NCBI GenBank assembly: GCA_045643205.1
Contig: JAZUKI010000003.1
Location: forward strand, 150,516-214,515
Reading direction: 5' to 3'
From: Clostridia bacterium
GTDB lineage: Bacteria; Bacillota; Clostridia; TANB77; CAG-508
Length of the DNA stretch: 64,000 bases
Under the pieces are notes generated by a model. That model was not told the origin of the DNA and did not search any database. It was given only the letters and a program-made list of their open reading frames with translations. Numbering within the stretch: position 1 is the first letter of the stretch; the number at the start of each line of letters is the position of its first letter. Positions 47,953-58,290 of this stretch are shown piece after piece. The translations under genes and the position numbers were made by a program.

Positions 47953-48681
47953 ATGAAAGAAGAAGCATGCGGTTTGCATTGCACAAAAATTAAAGACATG
48001 ACAGTCGTTATAGAAGGAAAGAAAATAGTTGATGATGTTAGCTTACATATTCATTGTGGCCAATTAACAATGATCATTGGAAAAAACGGAGCAGGAAAAT
48101 CAACTTTATTAAAAGCAATTCTTAACGAAATTAAGCACACAGGAACTGTGGAATTTGTGGATTTAAAAGAGAAACAACAAAAAAACATCAAGATTGGATA
48201 TGTTCCACAACAACTAAATGTAGAACGCGACATGCCAACAACAGTTTATGATATGTTTGCATCATACATTTCAAACAGTCCAGTTTGTTTTAGAAAAAAT
48301 AAAAAATTATATGAAAAGATAAAAGAAAACTTATCACACTTTGATGCTGATAAATTAATTGATAAAAGAGTTGGAAACTTATCTGGAGGAGAACTTCAAA
48401 GAGTTTTATTAGCAATTGCAACAACACCAATTCCTAACTTATTAATTTTAGATGAACCAGTTTCAGGAATAGATGTAAACGGAATAAAAGATTTCTATGA
48501 AATTCTAGTTAAACTTAAGGATGAGTATGACATGTCGATTGTGCTTGTTTCACACGATTTGAATCTAGTTAGAAAGTTTGCTGACAAAGTAATTTTGTTA
48601 GATAAAAAAGTTTTAAAAGAAGGAAAACCAGAAGAAGTTTTTGAAAGCGAAGAATTTAAAAATATTTTTGGAAACATGTAA
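47953..48681 (+). CDS. znuC: Zinc ABC transporter ATP-binding protein
   Basis: Walker A GKNGAGKST, signature LSGGELQRVLLAIA, Walker B ILDEPVSGID. Confidence 0.85.
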   Translation: MKEEACGLHCTKIKDMTVVIEGKKIVDDVSLHIHCGQLTMIIGKNGAGKSTLLKAILNEIKHTGTVEFVDLKEKQQKNIKIGYVPQQLNVERDMPTTVYDMFASYISNSPVCFRKNKKLYEKIKENLSHFDADKLIDKRVGNLSGGELQRVLLAIATTPIPNLLILDEPVSGIDVNGIKDFYEILVKLKDEYDMSIVLVSHDLNLVRKFADKVILLDKKVLKEGKPEEVFESEEFKNIFGNM

Positions 48682-48693
48682 AGGAGAGAAAAA

Positions 48694-49533
48694 ATGGATG
48701 TAATTTATAATGTTCTTGAAACAATAATGCCGTTTGAATTTATGACATTCACATTTATGAAAAACGCATTTCTAGCAATCATTTTAGTTTCTCCAATTTT
48801 CGCAATATTAGGAACAATGATTGTAAATAAAAAAATGGCTTTCTTTTCAGATGCACTAGGACATTCAGCATTGGCTGGAATTGCAATTGGAATGCTATTA
48901 GGAATAACAAATATAAACATTTCAATGATAATTTTTGCAGTTGTTTTTGCACTATTATTAAATATTATAAAAAGCAAAACAACATATGGTGCTGATACAA
49001 TTATTAGTGTGTTTTCATCAATTGCAATTGCTTTGGGATTAGCAATACTTGCACAAAGCGGAGATTTTAACAAATATTCAAGTTATTTAATTGGCGATAT
49101 TTTAAGTATCAATCAAAGTGAAATTTTATATTTAGTAATAGCATTTGTACTAGTACTAGTTTTCTGGATATTCATGTTCAACAAAATAAATGCAGTTACA
49201 ATTAATCCAGCACTAGCAAAAACAAAGGGAATAAAGACAAAGGTAGTAGATAATATATTTGCAGTTGTAATCGCAATCATGGTTATGATTTCTATTAGAT
49301 GGATTGGAATTTTATTAATTAATTCAATGATGATTCTTCCAGCTGCATCAAGTAGAAATGTTGCAAAGAATATGAGAAGTTACTATGCTTATGCAATTAT
49401 ATTTGGTTTAGTATCAGGAATTGCAGGACTAATAATTTCATACTTTATAAATATACCAACAGGCCCAATGATAGTAATTATACTTGGAATAATTTATTTC
49501 ATTACATTTATTATTAAGAAAGTAAGAAATTAA
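48694..49533 (+). CDS. znuB: Zinc ABC transporter permease
   Basis: 8 TM helices, ABC-3 family permease layout. Confidence 0.8.
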   Translation: MDVIYNVLETIMPFEFMTFTFMKNAFLAIILVSPIFAILGTMIVNKKMAFFSDALGHSALAGIAIGMLLGITNINISMIIFAVVFALLLNIIKSKTTYGADTIISVFSSIAIALGLAILAQSGDFNKYSSYLIGDILSINQSEILYLVIAFVLVLVFWIFMFNKINAVTINPALAKTKGIKTKVVDNIFAVVIAIMVMISIRWIGILLINSMMILPAASSRNVAKNMRSYYAYAIIFGLVSGIAGLIISYFINIPTGPMIVIILGIIYFITFIIKKVRN

Positions 49534-49647
49534 AAATTTGTTGTGATATAATCTTAACAAATAGTAAACTTGGGCAATTAGCTCAAATAATGTTAGTTTA
49601 GGCAAAATTTAAAAGAACAATATAAACAAAAGAAAATGGAGGCACAT

Positions 49648-50466
49648 ATGAAAAATGTTGTAATAACAGGTAGTGCAAGAGGTTTTGGTTACGCAATGTT
49701 AAAATTGTTTCATCAAGATGGTTACAATGTAGTTATGATTGATATGAACGAGGAGGCACTTGAAAAATCAAAGGCGAAAATTAAATCAAGCGAAGGCGAA
49801 GGGAAAGTTTTAGCTTACAAGTGCGACATCACAAATGCTGATGAAGTAAAAGTTTTAATTGATAATGTTGTAGAAACATTAGGCAGCATCGACATTTGGA
49901 TTAACAATGCAGGAGTAAATCAAGAAATGGTTTCAATATGGGAACTTGATGTTGCCGACATAAATAGATTGATAGATATCGATTTAAAAGGAACAATTAA
50001 TTGCTCAAATTTAGTTATGAAACAAATGGAAAAGCAAAATGCAGGACAAATTTATAATGTTGAAGGATTTGGATCTGATGATGCAAAACAATTTGGACTT
50101 TCAATTTATGGAACTGCAAAACGTGCAGTAACATATTTTACGGAAGCACTTGCTTTTGAAGTTGATGAGAAAAAATTAAATATTCAAGTTGGAAAAATTA
50201 CTCCGGGTATAATGATTACAAATTTTATTAATCATTCTTTAGGAGATAAGAAAGAGATTGAATTAAGTGAAAAAGTAAAAATGGTTTATAACATTCTAGG
50301 AGATAGACCAGAAACAATTGCAAAATTTATGGTTGAAAGGATAGAAAAAAATAAAAAGAACAATGCAAAGCTTACATGGCTAACAAAGGGAAGAGCATTT
50401 GGAAGATTTATGAAAGCTCCATTTAAGAAGAACAATTACTTTTTGGAAGCGGGCAAAGGCGAATAG
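49648..50466 (+). CDS. SDR-family short-chain dehydrogenase/reductase
   Basis: GGAGG RBS, then ATG at 49648. Rossmann motif TGSARGFGYA, NNAG, catalytic Y..K (YGTAKRA). Confidence 0.8.
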   Translation: MKNVVITGSARGFGYAMLKLFHQDGYNVVMIDMNEEALEKSKAKIKSSEGEGKVLAYKCDITNADEVKVLIDNVVETLGSIDIWINNAGVNQEMVSIWELDVADINRLIDIDLKGTINCSNLVMKQMEKQNAGQIYNVEGFGSDDAKQFGLSIYGTAKRAVTYFTEALAFEVDEKKLNIQVGKITPGIMITNFINHSLGDKKEIELSEKVKMVYNILGDRPETIAKFMVERIEKNKKNNAKLTWLTKGRAFGRFMKAPFKKNNYFLEAGKGE

Positions 50467-50532
50467 AAATTTAAATATTGATAAAAGACAAATAGAATAT
50501 AGCAAATCAAAAGTAAATAAAAATAGAAATTT

Positions 50533-50562
50533 AAAAGCGTGGATTAGCTCCACGCTTTTTTG
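50533..50562. terminator. Bidirectional intrinsic terminator between the convergent SDR and nuclease genes
   Basis: AAGCGTGGA-TTAGC-TCCACGCTT flanked by an A-run and a T-run. Confidence 0.7.
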
Positions 50563-50570
50563 TATGATTG

Positions 50571-51323
50571 TTATTCAATCAATGAATTTTCTCCAGTCTT
50601 ATAATCTATTTTTACTCTAGGTTGCACATTGTAGCAGTATACATTAAAACAAATTGCCTTACCATTATCTTCAACAGACTTAGCCTCAATCTGCACCCCA
50701 GATGCTATGGGATTGTTTCCCTCATAATGAGGAGTAACACGATATAGCACATGATTATTACTTGATCTAACATAGTTGGCAACTTTGTTTTCAAAAGGCA
50801 ACATTCCCTCTGTATTTAAGTAGCGAGTGCCAGTAATTAAATTTTTCTCATTTGCATTTTCACCAGTCAACTGATATCCAATTAAATGACAACGATTAAA
50901 CAAATACTTTCCATCAATAAAATCATACTTTGAAATTCTCCAACCAGAAGGCTTAATCATACCAATAGATTCACGTTCAGCAGTCGGCATTAAGTTCTTG
51001 CCAATATTAGCAAAAGCAACGCCACATCTTCCAAGAGAATCAAGTTCACTATATTTTTCAAAAGATTCAGTAGTCATCATCGAAGAATCAAAATTTGGAA
51101 CATTATTATTTAATATAACATAAGGTTTATCAGTATATGCTGGTATTAATTTTAAATCAAGAGTTGTTGCATAGTTAACTTTAGTAGCTTCATCGAAAGC
51201 ATTATCTGCTTCAGAAGTCATGGAAGATGGGAAAAATTTCAAACAAATAAACATTACTAAGATTGCAATAACACATTCAAAAAATTGAGTTATTAAACTT
51301 CGTGTTGTACGCTTTCTAGCCAT
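50571..51323 (-). CDS. Membrane-anchored DNA/RNA non-specific endonuclease (EndA/NucA-like, His-Me finger)
   Basis: N-terminal TM helix. NRCHLIGYQL...N matches the DRGH-type active site of the Endonuclease_NS family. Confidence 0.65.
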   Translation of the reverse strand: MARKRTTRSLITQFFECVIAILVMFICLKFFPSSMTSEADNAFDEATKVNYATTLDLKLIPAYTDKPYVILNNNVPNFDSSMMTTESFEKYSELDSLGRCGVAFANIGKNLMPTAERESIGMIKPSGWRISKYDFIDGKYLFNRCHLIGYQLTGENANEKNLITGTRYLNTEGMLPFENKVANYVRSSNNHVLYRVTPHYEGNNPIASGVQIEAKSVEDNGKAICFNVYCYNVQPRVKIDYKTGENSLIE

Positions 51324-51491
51324 AAAATCTCCTTTGTAAAATTAAAAATCAAAGGAATTATACAAAACGAATAATTAAAATTCAACTAAAAACAAAATGT
51401 AGTAAAATTGTAGTGATTTTGTAGAAATGTATTGACATGAAAAAATAAGGGTGTTATTATGTTTTTGAAATAAAATTCGGAGGTAATAAAA

Positions 51492-51818
51492 ATGGTAGAT
51501 TTAAATGAATTACAAAAGCAAGTTTATCAAAACAAAGTAAACAAAGGATTTAATGTTACTGATTTAAAAGAAGAATTTTTATACTTATATGGAGAAGTTG
51601 GCGAAGCTTATGAAGCATGGTTAAAAGGTAAAGAAGACGTAGGAGAAGAACTAGCAGACGTAGCAATCTTCACACTAGGAATTTCAGAAATTTTAGGAAT
51701 AGATTTAGAAAAAGAAATAATACACAAAATATATAAAAATGAAAAAAGAGAGTACAAAATAGTAAATGGAATTGGAATGAGAACAAAAGAATTTGAAGAA
51801 GAGGAAGAAAATAATTAG
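51492..51818 (+). CDS. MazG-like nucleotide pyrophosphohydrolase (YpjD-type)
   Basis: EEFLYLYGEVGEAYEAW ... EELADVAIFTL, the all-alpha NTP-PPase EExxE/D motifs. Confidence 0.7.
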   Translation: MVDLNELQKQVYQNKVNKGFNVTDLKEEFLYLYGEVGEAYEAWLKGKEDVGEELADVAIFTLGISEILGIDLEKEIIHKIYKNEKREYKIVNGIGMRTKEFEEEEENN

Positions 51819-51941
51819 TAAGAAAATAAAAAATGGGGCAGGAGATGTGAAAAAAATGAGATTCGCTTCTCTTGCTTTTTTGTTGAAAAATAGGATTGGC
51901 TGGCATATAATTATAAGCAATATTAAATAGGGTGAATCATT

Positions 51942-52160
51942 ATGAGAATAATTGAAGTTAATTGTAAAAACTGTGGTCAACCAATACAATTTAAAAATGG
52001 AGAAAAATTTTCAACATGTAAATATTGTCGTTCAAATTGGGCAATAGATGAATCAGATGAAATACACTCAGTTACAATAGACAATGCTGAAGATGCTGGA
52101 TATAAATTTGAAAAAGGAAGAATGAAAGCTCAAGAAGAGGCAGAAAAGGAAGCAAAATAA
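51942..52160 (+). CDS. Small zinc-ribbon protein
   Basis: CKNCG...CKYC ribbon, 72 aa. Confidence 0.35.
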   Translation: MRIIEVNCKNCGQPIQFKNGEKFSTCKYCRSNWAIDESDEIHSVTIDNAEDAGYKFEKGRMKAQEEAEKEAK

Positions 52161-52358
52161 ATTAAAGTAGTTGCTAATAGAATCATTTTTTATATGAAAT
52201 CAATCATAAAAAAAGAAACCCTTTCGGGAGAAGAAAGCGGTTAGCTTTTCTTTTTAAATATTGTCACTTTGTTAAATACTCAGCAACAAAATGAAAACAA
52301 AAGAATTTGAAGATTAAAAGCTAAAACAATCAAAATTAAGAATTAAGTGAGGAATACA

Positions 52359-54788
52359 ATGGATAATGATTCTGAATTAAAAGAAGATGAGATTGAATTT
52401 GATAAAAAAATTTCACGTTATACATTTAGTGAAGATAAAGATTTTAGAATTTATAAACAATTAAGAGTTGAAGCAGGAGACAATCCTAGATTAATAGAAA
52501 TACTTTGGAAAAAAATTATTTTAAAATATTATTGTTCTCCTAGTTTTGTAATTGAAAATAGAGATGACGTTACTTTATTTAAAGAATTTTCTGAATTAAT
52601 TAATGATGTTAGTAAAGATGGCTTTATGTATGGATTAAGTAGCAAAATACCATTAGAGGAACTTTTTGAAAAAATATCAGACATACCTGAAACAGCTGTA
52701 ACAATATTTTCCTTGATTTCTCCCAATACTACTATTGTTGAAAAATACAAAGAGTTTCAAGATAAATATATAGATAAATTATTTGAATTAGCTAAAGATA
52801 CAAAAAACTCTAAAGAAAATTTGTGTAGAATGTGGAAATCAATATGTAGTGATGAATTAAAATTAGACAAGTTAAATGAAGTTTTAGCATATACAGGTAT
52901 AGCAAACAGTCCTGAGACAATGAGTAAAATACAACAAACAATACAGGTTAACAAAGATTTCTTATATATGATAACTCCTAAATTTTTAGATGCAAATTAT
53001 ATTAATAGCTTTTCTGTTGAACAATTAATATATATAGTTTCATTTCCTGAGTTCCAAAAAGACTTGGTAAAATTAGATAGTAATGAACTAGGAAATATGA
53101 TGAAGTTAGTAAATGAAATATATCCCGAAAATGAAGAATGGAAGGAACCATTAAATAAAATATTACAAAATGTTAAAGATAAAAAGTTTGGAGATTTATT
53201 AAAAGGCAATGAATTAAGTTATGATAATGAATTAGTTAGTGTTTTATCAAATAAGAATTATTTTGAAATTTACAGAAAAGAAGATTTAGATAGTATAGAT
53301 AACAAAAAGAAAGAGGCAACTTTATTAATAAAAAATGGAAATCAAAAACTTCTTTTAGAAAAATACCCGGAAATTGCTAGATTAGAATTAATAGAACAAA
53401 TGAAATTAATGGCTTGTGAAAATATTCTTGGATTATCATTAGATGAGGCTAAAAACCTAGTATTAAAATATGGAGAAGATATAGATAATATTGGAAATGA
53501 ATATAGCGAATTATTTTTAAAAAATTATGTTAATGCATTGAAAGCAATTATAAATGAAGATAAAAGTGAAAAATTAGCTAAATTACTTGATTATGGAATT
53601 ACACCAAAAGAAAAAATTAAAGATTCATATACGATTGAAAGCATGCTAAAATTTACATATGGGAAAAAATATGATGTGGCAAATGTAGATTTTAATTCCT
53701 TAAGGTCATGTAAAGTTAAAGGCTTAGAAGGAATTGAAGTACTTGATGCAGGAGTGGATTTTTCTATGATTATTTCTAGTGTTGGAGCATACAGAGTAAA
53801 TGAAGATGAAAACTATTATGATAGTTGGAATAGGCCTTCTTTAAGTTCTGATATTATTAGTACATCATTTATTAGAAATGATATGATGGGAAGAGCAAAT
53901 TGCCCAAGACTATATTTTGGATTTAATAATATGAGTGCAAGTGCACTTGATTTATCTGGAAGTGCAGATTTGTTTTCAAAATCAGATAGTATTCAATCTA
54001 AGGCGGTGAGGGCATTAGCATTCTATACTCCTGATACTCAAATTGGTCAAACAGGTAGAAAAAAGTATTCTAATGGTCAAATTATCAGTGCTTATAACGA
54101 AATGGACTATAAGAGAATTCAAGATGGAGAGAGAAAGCAACCTGATTATATTGTTGTTTTTGGAAGCTATGGTAATATTGATGAGAATCAAAGTGGACAA
54201 ATGCTTATGGATGGTAATAAATTACCTGATGTATCTGTTTCTAAAAAAGAAAGAGCTCAAAATATAAAAAAAGCAATATCTGATTTTGAAAGAGCAACAG
54301 GAAAAAAATTACCTGTTGTGTTCGTAGATTTAGGCAAAGTATATAGAAATGAAGAAAAGATAATAGGTCAATTAAGAGAAGAGTATAAAATTAATCCAAG
54401 TGAAGAAAACAAAAGAAAATTAATAAAAAGAATTAAAAATTTTAATTCTTATAAGCATTATAAATTACCAATTGAATTTTCAGAAGAAGAAATTGGGAAA
54501 TTTGATAAAATTGAAGATAATGTTTCTGACTTTGAATTGACTGATAAAACAATAGAAGATATTAAATTGTTTGATTTCGAAGAATTCAGACAAGAAAAGA
54601 ATAATTATAGGATTAAAAGACTAGAAAAAATAAATTCTCAAGAAAATATTTCTAACAAAAAAATTAGCCTTAGAAAACTTATTCCTATTGCATCATCAAG
54701 AGATAATGCATATAGAATAGGTAATAATCCATTTAAAGCAATTAGAGATTTTATAAAGCAAAGAAACTCAAATGATAAGGAAAGATGA
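52359..54788 (+). CDS. Large hypothetical protein (about 810 aa), no recognised domains
   Basis: GAGG RBS, then ATG at 52359. Long uninterrupted ORF. AT-rich even for this genome. Confidence 0.45.
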   Translation: MDNDSELKEDEIEFDKKISRYTFSEDKDFRIYKQLRVEAGDNPRLIEILWKKIILKYYCSPSFVIENRDDVTLFKEFSELINDVSKDGFMYGLSSKIPLEELFEKISDIPETAVTIFSLISPNTTIVEKYKEFQDKYIDKLFELAKDTKNSKENLCRMWKSICSDELKLDKLNEVLAYTGIANSPETMSKIQQTIQVNKDFLYMITPKFLDANYINSFSVEQLIYIVSFPEFQKDLVKLDSNELGNMMKLVNEIYPENEEWKEPLNKILQNVKDKKFGDLLKGNELSYDNELVSVLSNKNYFEIYRKEDLDSIDNKKKEATLLIKNGNQKLLLEKYPEIARLELIEQMKLMACENILGLSLDEAKNLVLKYGEDIDNIGNEYSELFLKNYVNALKAIINEDKSEKLAKLLDYGITPKEKIKDSYTIESMLKFTYGKKYDVANVDFNSLRSCKVKGLEGIEVLDAGVDFSMIISSVGAYRVNEDENYYDSWNRPSLSSDIISTSFIRNDMMGRANCPRLYFGFNNMSASALDLSGSADLFSKSDSIQSKAVRALAFYTPDTQIGQTGRKKYSNGQIISAYNEMDYKRIQDGERKQPDYIVVFGSYGNIDENQSGQMLMDGNKLPDVSVSKKERAQNIKKAISDFERATGKKLPVVFVDLGKVYRNEEKIIGQLREEYKINPSEENKRKLIKRIKNFNSYKHYKLPIEFSEEEIGKFDKIEDNVSDFELTDKTIEDIKLFDFEEFRQEKNNYRIKRLEKINSQENISNKKISLRKLIPIASSRDNAYRIGNNPFKAIRDFIKQRNSNDKER

Positions 54789-55252
54789 TAGAAATTATGA
54801 CATTAAGTAATTATTATAGAAGGGCTATTACAGAAGTACTAGAAATTTTAAAAAATGTTGAAATTGATGAATATAATAAAATACCTCAAAAAATTATTAC
54901 CTTTTTAGAAGAACAGAAAGATCCAAATTATATCTTTACTATAAAGCCGAATCAGAATTTTGAAGATCTTAAAATAATGGATGAAACTAAAGGCTTTTTA
55001 AGTTTAATTTATTATAGCTACTTATGTAATTCCGATGAGGAAAGAAAGTTATATTTACTAACTTTAAACCATAATGAAAAGAAATTCCAAGATGAATTAA
55101 GAAAACAATATGATTATAATAAGCTTTTTAAGGATAAAACCGAAAAAAAAGAGAATTTAATAGTTGATAATACTACACAATTGGTTAAAGATAAAGAAAA
55201 TTTTTTTATAAAATTTATAAATTATATAAAAAAAATATTTAAAAGACACTAA
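54785..55252 (+). CDS. Hypothetical protein, translationally coupled (ATGA overlap) to the 810-aa ORF
   Basis: ORF with a 4-nt overlap. A terminator-like hairpin follows at about 55283-55320. Confidence 0.4.
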   Translation: MIEIMTLSNYYRRAITEVLEILKNVEIDEYNKIPQKIITFLEEQKDPNYIFTIKPNQNFEDLKIMDETKGFLSLIYYSYLCNSDEERKLYLLTLNHNEKKFQDELRKQYDYNKLFKDKTEKKENLIVDNTTQLVKDKENFFIKFINYIKKIFKRH

Positions 55253-55415
55253 GATATTTTAGTAATAAATGTAAATTAAAGTAAAGGGTAAGTAATATTT
55301 AATTTACTCACCCTTTTACTGACTAACAATAGCGTTCTTTTTTTCTAAAGGTTTGTAAAAATCGATTAATTGACATATAATTACAGCCAAATAGAGTGAT
55401 AGTGAAAGGAGCCAT

Positions 55416-56321
55416 ATGGAAAAGTCTAAAGTATATTTTACAAAAATAATTAGCGATGATGCAATTGTAAGAATTTATGATGAGATGATGAAAAATGAAA
55501 ATATCCAATTAGAGGGAAATGTAGCAGTAAAGTTACACTCTGGAGAAAAAGGAAATCAAAATTATATTCATCCTGAGATGGTAAAGAAAATAGTTGAACA
55601 TGTTAATGGTACAGTTGTTGAATGTAACACAGCATACGATGGAGCTAGAAATTCAACTAAAAAGCACAAAGAATTATTAGATGAACATGGATGGACAAAA
55701 TATTTTACGGTAGATTTGATGGATGAGAATCCAGAAGAGGATATTGAATTAGAAATACCAAATGGAAAAGTTATAAAAAAAGATATAGTTGGAGCTCATT
55801 TATTAAATTATGATTCAATGCTTGTATTATCACATTTTAAAGGACATCCAATGGGTGGTTATGGTGGAGCATTAAAGCAATTATCAATTGGTTGTGCATC
55901 AACTGCTGGAAAAGCATATATACATTCAGCAGGGGTAACAGAAGATCAATTTGAAGTATGGAGTAATCTACCTGAGCAAGATTTGTTTCTAGAATCAATG
56001 GCTGACTCTGCATCATGTGTTACTAAACTTTTCAGAGAAAGAAAAGGAATAGTATTTATAAATATTATGATTAACATGAGTGTTGATTGTGATTGTTGTG
56101 AAAATGCTGAAGATCCATGTATAAGAGATATTGGAATAATGGCATCAACTGATCCAGTGGCAATAGATCAAGCATGTATAGATATGATAGAGAATTCAGA
56201 TGATCTAGGCAAAGAGCATTTTATGGAGAGAGTAAATTCATTAAATGGTAAACATACTATAGATACAGCATATGAATTAGGCACTGGAAATAAAGAATAC
56301 GAGTTAATTAAGATAGAATAA
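55416..56321 (+). CDS. DUF362-domain protein (Cys-rich, probable Fe-S binding)
   Basis: KVYFTK...VAVKLHSGEKGN...VECNTAY...LSHFKGHPMGGYGGALKQLSIGCAS...SVDCDCCEN...STDPVAIDQAC, characteristic of DUF362. Confidence 0.75.
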   Translation: MEKSKVYFTKIISDDAIVRIYDEMMKNENIQLEGNVAVKLHSGEKGNQNYIHPEMVKKIVEHVNGTVVECNTAYDGARNSTKKHKELLDEHGWTKYFTVDLMDENPEEDIELEIPNGKVIKKDIVGAHLLNYDSMLVLSHFKGHPMGGYGGALKQLSIGCASTAGKAYIHSAGVTEDQFEVWSNLPEQDLFLESMADSASCVTKLFRERKGIVFINIMINMSVDCDCCENAEDPCIRDIGIMASTDPVAIDQACIDMIENSDDLGKEHFMERVNSLNGKHTIDTAYELGTGNKEYELIKIE

Positions 56322-56358
56322 ACAAACATATTATTTAATTAATAGTTAGGAGTTTGCA

Positions 56359-56637
56359 ATGAGTACATTTGAATCTTTTATTTGGTGTATAATTATTATA
56401 GGATTTATGGCAAAATGGAATAAAGGAAATGATGAATCGAAATATGGATCAAAAAGAAAAAAATATAAATCAAAGGATAATAAGTCAGAATATTCAGATG
56501 AAGAAATAGAAAAATATAAAAAAATTTACGGTTTAGATGATGAAGAAGTAAGAGAGATAAAAAACGGAAATCATGATCCGTGGGACTTTGAAGAAACAGA
56601 TGCAACAGAAGAAAGTGATTATTATAACAAGGATTAA
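56359..56637 (+). CDS. Small membrane protein with acidic C-terminal tail
   Basis: 92-aa ORF with one TM helix. Confidence 0.3.
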   Translation: MSTFESFIWCIIIIGFMAKWNKGNDESKYGSKRKKYKSKDNKSEYSDEEIEKYKKIYGLDDEEVREIKNGNHDPWDFEETDATEESDYYNKD

Positions 56638-56727
56638 AATTGAAAAAATTACATAAATATAATATAATTAATTTATTCAAATGGCATACATCATAGGAAA
56701 AATATTAATTTAGAGAGGTATAAATTT

Positions 56728-58155
56728 ATGAGTGGTGTTTATGAAAATAGAAAGACAATTCGAGATTTAAACAATTTAATTAGAATGTATAAGCCATTAA
56801 AAGATGTTGAATATTATTTTGTTTTAGGATATCCAAGATCTGATATAGGAAAAGGAACTTTAGTAGCTCAATTATTAGCAAATGTAAAAGATTCAGATGC
56901 AATAAAATATGATGGGCTATTAAATACAAATGAAAATGGAAGACATACAGCAGTAGGACATGATGATTTCGGAGTATACGAAAAATTTAATGAAGGAAAA
57001 AGATGGGGAAGAGAACATTATTTATTAGGGGGAGAACTTTATAGAGATTTTATTAATAGTTATGGAGAAAATGAAAATCTTCAAATAAATCCTCATATGT
57101 CTTTATATGTTGAATATGTGATACATAAAATGTGGAATGATATAGGAAAGCCTAAGAAATTATTTATAGAAGTAGGAGGACTAATTTCAGATCCTGAAGT
57201 TGATCCTATAATTACTCCAATAATACAAAGATTAACTTCTGAAGGTTTAGCAAAAGTAATATTACTTACTGAATCATCATATAATGGAGAATATATTAAA
57301 TCTAAAATAGTCCAAGAAGGGGTAAATAAATTCTTAGAAAGAAGAATTGAGCCTTGGATAGTATTTGTAAGAGATGCAAAAGATATGGGAGAAATATCTA
57401 CATCTCAAAGAATAGAGAATGAAAGAATTATAATGAACAAAATTATTGAAAACTTTAATTTTAATTTAAAATTATTAGTTTCAATTCCATACTTTGATGA
57501 ATTAAAACAATATACAGAGTATATTAGAAAAAGATTTTGTCCAATTATTAATGAAGTTGATAAAAAGGAAATAGTTCTTGCAACTAAAAATGAATCAAAA
57601 ATTGCGGATTATAAATTATATCTAGGTGATGAATATAATATTAAAACAACAAAAGATTATGATTACGATATAGATATAGTAGAAGGAACAACTTCAGCAG
57701 AAGAAAATGCAATTGCAAAAGCAAGAGCATGGTGTAAAGTTACTGGAAAAATAACAATTGGAGATGATACAGGATTCTTTATACATGAACTAAATGGAGA
57801 GCCAGGAGTTGCAACAAGAAGATGGGGAGGACAACTTCCAGAAAATGCAACAAATGAAGATTTTTGGCAATTCTTAAAAATAAAGACAAAGAATTTAAAA
57901 GATTATACTTGTCATTTTGAACAAAATATAGCAATTGCTTATCCAAGTGGAAATGTTGAATTGATAAAATCAATTAATCAAGGTATTTTAAATAAAGAGA
58001 ATCTAAAAAAAGAATATAATGGAACAGGTTATCCACTAGGAGCAGTTTTTGAATCTTTAAATAGAAATAAAAATTGGGATGAAATGACGGATGAAGAGAA
58101 AAAAGAATTTGATAAAAATTTAATTAAAGAATTAAAAGAAAAATTATCAAAATAA
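56728..58155 (+). CDS. Fusion protein: CTP-synthase-like synthetase (amidoligase) N-domain without glutaminase domain, joined to a Ham1/ITPase-family non-canonical NTP pyrophosphatase C-domain
   Basis: N-domain aligns to the PyrG N-terminus: YFVLGYPRSDIGKGTLVAQLL...DDFGVYEKF...LFIEVGGLISDPEVDP...PWIVFVRD. C-domain carries the Ham1 motifs: IVLATKNESKIADY, SAEENAIAKA, DDTGFFIHELNGEPGVATRRWGG. Confidence 0.6.
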   Translation: MSGVYENRKTIRDLNNLIRMYKPLKDVEYYFVLGYPRSDIGKGTLVAQLLANVKDSDAIKYDGLLNTNENGRHTAVGHDDFGVYEKFNEGKRWGREHYLLGGELYRDFINSYGENENLQINPHMSLYVEYVIHKMWNDIGKPKKLFIEVGGLISDPEVDPIITPIIQRLTSEGLAKVILLTESSYNGEYIKSKIVQEGVNKFLERRIEPWIVFVRDAKDMGEISTSQRIENERIIMNKIIENFNFNLKLLVSIPYFDELKQYTEYIRKRFCPIINEVDKKEIVLATKNESKIADYKLYLGDEYNIKTTKDYDYDIDIVEGTTSAEENAIAKARAWCKVTGKITIGDDTGFFIHELNGEPGVATRRWGGQLPENATNEDFWQFLKIKTKNLKDYTCHFEQNIAIAYPSGNVELIKSINQGILNKENLKKEYNGTGYPLGAVFESLNRNKNWDEMTDEEKKEFDKNLIKELKEKLSK

Positions 58156-58290
58156 TATGTGAAATATATTAATTATATTAATTATATATTTACTCAAAAT
58201 TTATGACTATATTTTTGAGTTAGGCTGATTGAAGTATTAATGAGAATAATATGTTATACATTTAATAATCACAACAAAGGAGGAAATATC

